Positions 56,666 through 64,000 of a stretch of DNA of 64,000 bases are shown piece by piece. The notes beneath the pieces are model-generated. The model made no database searches. It was not told the origin of the DNA and worked only from the letters and a program-made list of their open reading frames with translations. Origin of the DNA: a bacterium (lineage in GTDB: Bacteria > UBA8248). Each line of letters starts with the position of its first letter. Position 1 is the first letter of the stretch. The translations under genes and the position numbers were made by a program. The DNA is taken from the NCBI GenBank assembly GCA_965203325.1, contig OZ241875.1, positions 2,112,001-2,176,000 of the forward strand, given 5' to 3'.

Positions 56666-57592
56666 TCAGTCTGACTCCGGCCCATCGGGTTTTCTCCGGA
56701 GCAAGCGCTCTATCTCATCAGCTACCTCGGCACCGGGAGGCAGCTTTTCCTCCCCTTCCTCAATTTCTCCATCGGGCGCGTCCCCAAAATCGAAGCCTGG
56801 AATCTCATCCGGAATCTGCCCTTTCTGAATATCCTCCACATATTTTGCAATGCGGGGATCTCTGGCGATGATTTGCTCAACCTGTCCATCGAACGTATCG
56901 ATGGCGACATCGAAATCTTCCAAGGTAATTTCAAAACCACCCAAGGCGCTTAGTTTATCCAACAGAGCGCACGTTGCTTTTGGGTTGGATAGAGATGCGA
57001 TGTAATGCGGCACATTCACCCACAAGCTCACCGCCGGAAAACCCTTGTCCTGCATGAGCGTATGGATAACACCCACAATTCCCGTAGGTCCCTCATAGCG
57101 CGTTATTTCCACGCCCGAGGGCTCGACCAATGCCGAATCGGTGGCGATGGCCATTAAGCGGCTGGGTTGGGTATGTAAATCTCCCGCGAGCAACGCTCCC
57201 ATTGTCACGATCATACGTGCATCGTAGCGGCTGCCTATCGCAAGGACATCGCGGCTAAAGTATTTCCATTGCAAATGGGGTTCGGTTCCGATTCCGACAA
57301 TGAGATCCCGCGCAAGACCCGGCGTTCGACAATAGAAAAATTCGTTCAGCGGCCAGGTAATTCGCCGCTCGCCGGATTCACTTAGCTTGACGGTAGGCCT
57401 TTGATCTGCAAATTGGAAAAATTCATCCGGCTGGATTTGCGCCACCCGTTTCCCCTCGAAGTGTTGAACCAGATAACGCGCCGCCGAAGTTGCAGACTCC
57501 GCCGCATCGTTCCATCCGGAAAACGCCATGATAAGTAAAGGATCGTTGGCGTCCTCCACACTGTGGAAAAACGTAACGCCCATATCCAACAC
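56666..57592 (-). CDS. PAC2 (proteasome assembly chaperone) family protein
   Basis: AFSGWNDAA, RPTV, EPHLQW, YEGPTGIVGV, VPHYI, A(D)EIERLLR. Confidence 0.9.
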   Translation of the reverse strand: MLDMGVTFFHSVEDANDPLLIMAFSGWNDAAESATSAARYLVQHFEGKRVAQIQPDEFFQFADQRPTVKLSESGERRITWPLNEFFYCRTPGLARDLIVGIGTEPHLQWKYFSRDVLAIGSRYDARMIVTMGALLAGDLHTQPSRLMAIATDSALVEPSGVEITRYEGPTGIVGVIHTLMQDKGFPAVSLWVNVPHYIASLSNPKATCALLDKLSALGGFEITLEDFDVAIDTFDGQVEQIIARDPRIAKYVEDIQKGQIPDEIPGFDFGDAPDGEIEEGEEKLPPGAEVADEIERLLRRKPDGPESD

Positions 57593-57694
57593 CTCCAGTC
57601 TGACATCGTATTTCTGAATTTTTCCATTTCAATAGGGAGAACACGCCGTCCGTCCAGCTATGTTCAGGGCAGGTTCTCCCCTTGTTCGTTTCTA

Positions 57695-58903
57695 TCATCC
57701 GTCCTCTTTGGGAAAATTCCCGCTCTCTGGTGGGTAGGTGAACAAATTACTCCTGTGCCCTTCCAACCCGGGCGTTTCCCAGGAAGGCACTCCTCCAGGG
57801 GAAGGCATCTCGCCTTCCGCCACATCCTTTTGCAGTCTTCGCCACTCGTTTTGAAAATCCTCAGCATGCCCCCTGAAATGCGGCATCACGTATCGTGCGA
57901 ACAACTCGAGCGACGCTCTTATCTTCTGATCGGGCACCCATTCGTGCGTCGTGAGCATGAGTCCGCCGAATCCGCCTGATTCCTCCTGTATTTTCTCTAT
58001 TACCTCTATCGCGTCGTCCGGGGTACCTACTATCCAGTATCTTTGCTCCGCAGCCACTTTTGGTGTGATTTCGGCGCGCGGCTGATCGGGATACGCCTCA
58101 TACGCAGGCTTCAAGCCGATATCCATAAAATAATTCATGTCGCGGAGAGCATACTTTTCGATATCGGCCCACGCTTTTTCACGGCTTTCGGCAAGATGCA
58201 CGTACGTGGTGATTCTCCAGTTCTCACGCGACACTTGTGTGCCGTATTTTCGCGCACATTCCTCCATATAGGGCCATTGCTCGGAAAGCGAGAGGTTCTC
58301 CATGATTTTCTTACCGCCGAAGGAGAGCAAAATCATCTCGTATCGAGCGGCCATATCGATTGCCCCACGGCTTCCCGCCGATGCGATGGCGAGCGGCATT
58401 CTGGGCTTTTGGTAGGAGCGCACCTGGAGACACACATTTCTCAACTTCCAGAACCTGCCCTCATAATCGAAAGGCTCGGGCGATTCCAGGAGTTTGACCA
58501 TGATATCCACCGATTCGTTCAGCATCGGACGCAGATCGCCGGATGGGATATCGAACAGCTTGATGTCACTCACCAGATTGCTCGGACCCACGCCAAAAAT
58601 GACGCGTCCCCTGGTGAGTTGGTCCAAAAACGCCATTCGCTCCGCCAAGTGAAACGGATGATGGAAAGGCACACTGACCACGGAAGTGCCCAAGCGAATT
58701 CTCTTCGCCTTGACCGCCGCCATGGCGAGAGCCATCTCGGGCGCGGGGATCGTCTCCCAACCGCCGGAATGGTGCTCACCGATGTAGAATTCATCAAAAT
58801 CCAGCTCATCGGCATATTCGATGAGTGATATATCACGCTGATAGGCGAGCGATGGGTTTTCAGAAGGATGGTGAATCGGCATCATGAAAAAAGAAAATTT
58901 CAA
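57695..58903 (-). CDS. luciferase-like (LLM) flavin-dependent monooxygenase
   Basis: FMMPIH, IGEHHSGGWE, IRLGTSV, LDQLTRGR, SLELFARYVMPHF. Confidence 0.92.
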   Translation of the reverse strand: MKFSFFMMPIHHPSENPSLAYQRDISLIEYADELDFDEFYIGEHHSGGWETIPAPEMALAMAAVKAKRIRLGTSVVSVPFHHPFHLAERMAFLDQLTRGRVIFGVGPSNLVSDIKLFDIPSGDLRPMLNESVDIMVKLLESPEPFDYEGRFWKLRNVCLQVRSYQKPRMPLAIASAGSRGAIDMAARYEMILLSFGGKKIMENLSLSEQWPYMEECARKYGTQVSRENWRITTYVHLAESREKAWADIEKYALRDMNYFMDIGLKPAYEAYPDQPRAEITPKVAAEQRYWIVGTPDDAIEVIEKIQEESGGFGGLMLTTHEWVPDQKIRASLELFARYVMPHFRGHAEDFQNEWRRLQKDVAEGEMPSPGGVPSWETPGLEGHRSNLFTYPPESGNFPKEDG

Positions 58904-59098
58904 GGCGAGTTCCCCCTCCAGTTGAAGTGTGAACAGGAAAATCAGGAAACCATCGGGTCATAGTATCTTATTTATGAATTTCCAGCATCCCACAATTAAA
59001 ACCAAAACCTTTCTTCTCTTGTCATCGCTTTCTAATTCCTCCATTATCCCCGCGCTTTGGATTTTTATTCATGTTGCGAAATCAGATGCGAGGATGAA

Positions 59099-60904
59099 AT
59101 GGCTATCATGGAACGAACCGACCTGAGGAACCTCGCCATCATCGCTCATGTCGATCACGGCAAAACCACCCTGGTGGATTCCATGCTCTGGCAAAGCGGC
59201 ATCTTCCGCGAAGGGCAAGACGTGGCCGAGCGGGTTCTTGATTCGATGGATCTCGAACGGGAAAAGGGAATCACCATCATGGCGAAAAACTGCGCCATTG
59301 ATTTCAACGGGATACGCTACAACATCGTGGACACACCGGGCCATGCGGATTTCGGCGGCGAGGTGGAACGCGTTCTCTCCATGGTGGATGGCGTGATGCT
59401 TTTGGTCGATGCTTCAGAAGGGCCACTGCCGCAAACACGGTTCGTGGTCAGTAAAGCCCTGGAGCAAAAACTCCCCTTCGTCGTGGTCATCAATAAGATT
59501 GACCGCCCAGACGCAAGACCCGAGCAAGTTCTCGACGAAATATACGATCTGTTCATCGATCTGGACGCCGGAGAAGCCCAGCTCGATTTTCCCGTAATCT
59601 ACGCCGTCGCTCGTGAGGGCAAAGCCGGCTTCGAAGCTGGTGAGCTATCTCCAACTTTGAAGCCCTTGTTCCATACCCTTGAGAACGCGATACCCCCTCC
59701 CTCATATAAAACCGACATGCCGCTACAGATGCTCGTCTCCCGCCTCGAATACGACAGCTATGTTGGCCGTCTCTCCATCGGCCGAATCTGGAATGGCTCT
59801 CTCAAAGAAAAATCTCATGTCTTGGCGCTCGGGAGAGAGGAAAAGAAGACGAAATGGGAGATCACTTCATTATTCGGTTATGAAGGATTGAGCCGCTACC
59901 AGATGCAAGAAGCGCGCGGAGGTGACATCGTTGCCGTAGCCGGCTTGGAGCACGTGGAAATCGGGGACACCATAGCAGATGTGGAAAACCCGATCCCGCT
60001 TCCCGCCATCAGCGTCGATGAACCCACTATCGCCATGAATTTCAGAATTAACGATACTCCCCTGGCAGGTCGCAGCGGGAAATACCTCACTTCGCGCCAG
60101 ATTCGAGAACGACTCCTGAGGGAGGCGAGGAACAATGTGGCCATTAAAGTCGAGGAGACCAATTCTGCGGACGCCTTGCGGGTATCCGGCCGAGGTTCTT
60201 TGCAGCTCGCCGTGCTCATCGAGCAACTCAGGCGCGAGCAATACGAACTCACCGTCGGACGACCCGAGGTCATCACGCGCAAACAAGACGGCAAAGTCAT
60301 GGAGCCCATGGAAAACGTGGTAGTGGACATTCGGGAAGAATTCATCGGGGCCATTACACAGGGCTTGGGCGCGCGCAAAGGTAAAATGACCAAAATGATC
60401 AACCATGGCAGAGGACATGCACGGCTCGAATTTTCCATTCCCAGCCGGGGTCTCATCGGCTATCGCAACGAATTCCTCACCCAAACGCGGGGAACAGGCA
60501 TACTCACCCACATTTTCGCTGGATGGAGTGAATGGGCGGGCGATCTTCCGGGCAGATCGACGGGCGCATTGATATCGGACCGTGCGGGCAAAGCCACATC
60601 TTACGCGGTGGAAAACATACAAGAGCGCGGCATTCTCTTCGTCGCGCCGACGGAAGAAGTCTATGAGGGGATGATCATCGGTGAGAACAGCCGCGAACAG
60701 GACATGTTCGTGAACATTTCAAAGGAGAAAAAACTGACCAACATCCGGGCCGCCCACGCCGACATATCCGCTCAACTCATTCCCCCTAAACGATTCAGCC
60801 TGGAAGAAGCACTCGAGTTTTTACGCGAAGGGGAATGCCTGGAAGTAACCCCCGAAATCTTCCGGTTGCGTAAAGCAGAACTAAAGGCCAGAAAACACGC
60901 CTGA
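59099..60904 (+). CDS. typA: translational GTPase TypA/BipA
   Basis: [45 protein letters not shown]. Confidence 0.97.
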   Translation: MAIMERTDLRNLAIIAHVDHGKTTLVDSMLWQSGIFREGQDVAERVLDSMDLEREKGITIMAKNCAIDFNGIRYNIVDTPGHADFGGEVERVLSMVDGVMLLVDASEGPLPQTRFVVSKALEQKLPFVVVINKIDRPDARPEQVLDEIYDLFIDLDAGEAQLDFPVIYAVAREGKAGFEAGELSPTLKPLFHTLENAIPPPSYKTDMPLQMLVSRLEYDSYVGRLSIGRIWNGSLKEKSHVLALGREEKKTKWEITSLFGYEGLSRYQMQEARGGDIVAVAGLEHVEIGDTIADVENPIPLPAISVDEPTIAMNFRINDTPLAGRSGKYLTSRQIRERLLREARNNVAIKVEETNSADALRVSGRGSLQLAVLIEQLRREQYELTVGRPEVITRKQDGKVMEPMENVVVDIREEFIGAITQGLGARKGKMTKMINHGRGHARLEFSIPSRGLIGYRNEFLTQTRGTGILTHIFAGWSEWAGDLPGRSTGALISDRAGKATSYAVENIQERGILFVAPTEEVYEGMIIGENSREQDMFVNISKEKKLTNIRAAHADISAQLIPPKRFSLEEALEFLREGECLEVTPEIFRLRKAELKARKHA

Positions 60905-60908
60905 CGCT

Positions 60909-61406
60909 CTAGCCATCCAATATCTTGTTCCACTCTGCAATTCTGTCTTTTTGCGCTTCGAACAACTCGGAGGTGTCGCCCTCTATCTCGACTCTCTCAA
61001 TCCCGTCGCCCTGCTCAATCGCATCCACCACCTCCTGACCGGAAGTGACGCGTCCAAAAACGGTATGATTGCCGTCGAGCCAGGCGGTGGGCACGTGCGT
61101 TATGAAAAACTGAGAACCGTTGGTGCCCGGGCCTGCGTTCGCCATCGAAAGAACGCCCGGACCGTCATGGGGAAGATCGGGCGAACATTCATCCTCGAAC
61201 TGATAGCCGGGACCACCCGTGCCCGCGCCCAAAGGGCAGCCACCCTGAATCATGAAATCAGAGATCACACGGTGAAAAACAAGGCCATCGTAGAAACCAC
61301 GCTTCGCGAGGTTCGCAAAACTGGCCACAGTCACCGGGGTTTTGTCTTCATGCAAATCGAGCCGTATTTCACCCCGGCTCGTCGTGATTACTGCGGAAAG
61401 CGCCAT
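60909..61406 (-). CDS. cyclophilin-type peptidyl-prolyl cis-trans isomerase
   Basis: [40 protein letters not shown]. Confidence 0.96.
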   Translation of the reverse strand: MALSAVITTSRGEIRLDLHEDKTPVTVASFANLAKRGFYDGLVFHRVISDFMIQGGCPLGAGTGGPGYQFEDECSPDLPHDGPGVLSMANAGPGTNGSQFFITHVPTAWLDGNHTVFGRVTSGQEVVDAIEQGDGIERVEIEGDTSELFEAQKDRIAEWNKILDG

Positions 61407-61524
61407 GAATTGCTCCTTTAGAATACTTGTGGGCAAAAAACACATCGTCACTCATAGCTGCACAAATGATGAACCTCATGGTGACGGCGAAGCGTAACAG
61501 AACCATCTTTTCGGGTCTAAGGCC

Positions 61525-62538
61525 TTACGGGTTTCCCTTCAACCCGAAAACCTCCGCCAAAAGTTCATAGGATTTCACTCTGGCCTCGAAGCTGTACATC
61601 ACATTCACGACGACGAGTTCCTCGACTTTATGCTCTGAAGCCAGTACCTGAAGCTTTTCCTTGACCTGCTCCGGATCTCCCGCGATGGTTCTGCTGTCGA
61701 TATCCTCAGCAAAGGCGCGCTCCATGTTCGTCCATGGATAGGCGAGCGCCTCCTCGGGCGTAGGTACGCCTCCTCCCTCGCCACGGCGGCTTCTGAGCAT
61801 GACCAGAGGCCTGCTGGCTGCATGGTAGAGCGCTTCTTCTTCGCTCGGCGCGCAAATCACAAAAACCGCCAGACTTCCCGCGGGCTCTTTCCACTTGGCC
61901 GATGGACGAAAATCCCTCCGGTACATATCCATGACCTGGACGCTGCCATACGCGTTGATGAAATGGGCGAATGAAAAAGCGCAACCGAAATGCGCGGCGA
62001 GAATCGCGCTTTGGTCCGAGGTTCCCAAGAGCCACATTTCGGGCGCCGTCTCTCCGGTGGGCATGGCGCGTATCCGGGCGAAGGGGTGGTCCTCCGGCAA
62101 CGACCCATCAATCCAACCTCGAAGGTCAGAGACTTTTTGCGGGAAATCATCGTAGCGAAAACCACTCTGCTCAGGCGCCAAAGCCGCAGACGTGAGCCTG
62201 TCGGCTCCGGGGGCGCGGCCCAAACCCAAATCGATGCGGCCCGGATAGAGCGTCTCCAGCACCCGGAACGATTCGGCCACCTTGAGCGCGCTGTAGTGAC
62301 TGAGCATGACCCCGCCCGAGCCCACGCGAATCGTCTCAGTCTTCGCGGCGATTTGGCCGATCAAGACTTCCGGTGAAGTGCCCGCGAACGCCCCGTGGCT
62401 GTGATGTTCCGCCAGCCAGTAGCGGTAATAGCCCAGGCGTTCGGCGGCTTGCGCCAACTGGACGGTCTCACTGATGGCGTCCGCCGCCGTTCCTCCCGAA
62501 CGGATGGGAGATTGATCCAAAACGCTTAAACGAATCAT
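61525..62538 (-). CDS. LLM-class flavin-dependent oxidoreductase (YhbW-like group)
   Basis: LSVLDQSP, YWLAEHH, RVGSGGVML, RIDLGLGRAPG, FAHFIN. Confidence 0.93.
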   Translation of the reverse strand: MIRLSVLDQSPIRSGGTAADAISETVQLAQAAERLGYYRYWLAEHHSHGAFAGTSPEVLIGQIAAKTETIRVGSGGVMLSHYSALKVAESFRVLETLYPGRIDLGLGRAPGADRLTSAALAPEQSGFRYDDFPQKVSDLRGWIDGSLPEDHPFARIRAMPTGETAPEMWLLGTSDQSAILAAHFGCAFSFAHFINAYGSVQVMDMYRRDFRPSAKWKEPAGSLAVFVICAPSEEEALYHAASRPLVMLRSRRGEGGGVPTPEEALAYPWTNMERAFAEDIDSRTIAGDPEQVKEKLQVLASEHKVEELVVVNVMYSFEARVKSYELLAEVFGLKGNP

Positions 62539-62579
62539 CTATTCGAAAACCACTTGAAAGGAGAATGTTGGGGAAAATT

Positions 62580-63227
62580 TTATTTCTGAACCGATTTTAC
62601 CTGAATATATTCTTCGAGATGAATCACACCCTTTGTTCCACGAATAATCTGGAGGACCAAATTCTTTTCAAGTTCCGTTCTTGCACGGCCGATTACATAG
62701 ACCTTGTTTCTCATGGACTGCCAGCGGTAATTCGTGGAATTCACGCCCTCTGCCGTCAAAAGTTGACCCTTGAGCTTGGCTTCTATCCACGCATCGCTGG
62801 CAATCCGGCTGAGCTTGACGATATCGCGTTCTACGGCCGGTTTCGTCTTCGCCGCCGCACGGTTGCGTTCGACCTCGTCCGAAGAGCCGAGAAGGATATG
62901 ATTATATATAGCCTTGATTCTGGGGTCGCCCCTCGCAATACTCAAAACAGCTTCTCGCTTTCTCTCCGCATCCACCACGCCGGTCAACAACACCCTTCCT
63001 TCCCACACGTCCGTATTCACGTCGACAGGCAAACCACTGTCCACACGCAAATACTCTTGCAATAAATTCGCATGTATTTTCGCATCTTCAAGCTGCTGGT
63101 TCAGAGAGCGGTCCTCAAAGGCGCTCTTTATACCCTTTTGGGCGACCATAAACGCTCCGGGCACACATCCATTTACCCATAGTGGCAAAAACGCGATAAT
63201 GAAGATGAACCTGTTGAATTTACTCAA
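62580..63227 (-). CDS. dual BON-domain lipoprotein (DolP/YraP-like)
   Basis: Lipobox-like VNGC, DRS..QQLED, GRVLLTG, DAWI..K.K, KVYVIG. Confidence 0.88.
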   Translation of the reverse strand: MSKFNRFIFIIAFLPLWVNGCVPGAFMVAQKGIKSAFEDRSLNQQLEDAKIHANLLQEYLRVDSGLPVDVNTDVWEGRVLLTGVVDAERKREAVLSIARGDPRIKAIYNHILLGSSDEVERNRAAAKTKPAVERDIVKLSRIASDAWIEAKLKGQLLTAEGVNSTNYRWQSMRNKVYVIGRARTELEKNLVLQIIRGTKGVIHLEEYIQVKSVQK

Positions 63228-63459
63228 GAGTTCCCCTGGAGGGCGAAGTGGAACAAAAGCACCTTTATTTTGCCTCTAGACTTGAGCAGAGGCAACCACC
63301 AGGAAAACGAAAATCCTTCTAAAGCTTCCGCGCCATTATCGAAACCATTCCGCTTTTTCAATTGCAATACTTTTTGAGAAAAAGCATCATGTGTCCATTC
63401 ATGAATCAATCGCCACACCATCCAATGTTCATAAGGTTCTTCTTCGCTCAGGAGAAAAT

Positions 63460-63660
63460 ATGCCGATTTCAGAGGATTCGCTAATATCCCGGTGTGAAGA
63501 CGTGTTCGGTGATTCACTCGACTCCGAGCGCCGCGCCGTCATCATCGCCACAATGGAAAACATGGAAAAAGGAAATCCACAATTAGTGGAAAACCTATCA
63601 CCAAAAACAGAACCTGCCGGACACTCCGGATTCTTGCGCTCCCTCACGAGGGAGAAATAA
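63460..63660 (+). CDS. small hypothetical protein (66 aa), possible amidase accessory subunit
   Basis: AGGAG RBS and ATG 63460. The stop lies 1 bp before the amidase start. Confidence 0.6.
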   Translation: MPISEDSLISRCEDVFGDSLDSERRAVIIATMENMEKGNPQLVENLSPKTEPAGHSGFLRSLTREK

Positions 63661-63661
63661 A

Positions 63662-64000
63662 TTGGCCGATATCCTCACGACCCTCACCGCTGCAGAAATC
63701 GCCGCACGAATCAAAGAGAGAACTATCAGCGCCGCCGAAGTCACCGAGGCGCATCTGGAACGCTCTGAGAAAATCGGGGAGGCTTTGAACTCCTGGATCA
63801 AGCTCGATTCGGAAGGAGCGATGAAGGCGGCGCAAGAAGTGGACGCCGCCATCTCCCGAGGTGACAACCCGGGGACCATGGCCGGGGCGCCGATAGGACT
63901 GAAAGACTTGATCGATATGGAGGGCCTGCCGACCACGGCGGGCAGCATCATCGACAAAGAAAACGTCGCGGACTCAGATGCTTTGCTGGCCCGAAAAATA
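63662..64000 (+). CDS. amidase signature family protein (GatA/AtzE-like), truncated by the window edge
   Basis: Manual translation from TTG 63662: LTAAEIAARIKERTISAAEVTEAHLER...GAPIGLKDLIDMEGLPTTAGS. Confidence 0.9.
   Translation, partial: MADILTTLTAAEIAARIKERTISAAEVTEAHLERSEKIGEALNSWIKLDSEGAMKAAQEVDAAISRGDNPGTMAGAPIGLKDLIDMEGLPTTAGSIIDKENVADSDALLARKI

Noticed and set aside
1..64000. tRNA, rRNA, integrase, cas or phage genes
   Set aside because: No recognisable signatures by eye. A tRNAscan/Infernal run would be needed to exclude small RNAs formally.

Overview
GC-rich bacterial window with about 55 protein-coding genes and no recognisable rRNA, tRNA or CRISPR array. The gene content (many SDRs, crotonases, luciferase-like monooxygenases, hydantoinase/oxoprolinase pairs, TauABC/SsuABC-type transporters, a pentapeptide-repeat gene, REP-rich spacers) fits an uncultured marine, possibly sponge-associated lineage. 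That placement is an inference only. Housekeeping genes (thrB, pncA, rlmD-like, lexA, dinB, uvrA, ggt, typA, cyclophilin) are interspersed with accessory catabolic cassettes. The most informative signals are mostly outside the ORF track. (1) The 39.6-50.6 kb region is a cassette-turnover hotspot: decayed second copies of both flanks (ridA 5' end plus upstream; phosphodiester-glycosidase 3' end plus downstream) sit inside it. Two homologous IS-like (probably IS256) left-end relics also bracket a hydantoinase B/A cassette and truncate an ilvE-like gene. (2) An orphan hipB keeps four operator-like palindromes at an exact 27-bp period and is followed by a start-less hipA stub. (3) Two ~300-bp MITE-like elements share GG(C/T)TGTTGAAAAA ends and are filled with REP hairpins. 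(4) Several proteins have altered canonical motifs: a haloalkane dehalogenase with Gln at the catalytic-Glu position, a crotonase lacking both Glu, a UvrA with an AT-hook-like insert, and a signal-peptide/DUF151/PDZ protein. The first ~1.9 kb (DAK2-DegV fusion) may be of different origin, and GC falls visibly after ~50.5 kb.
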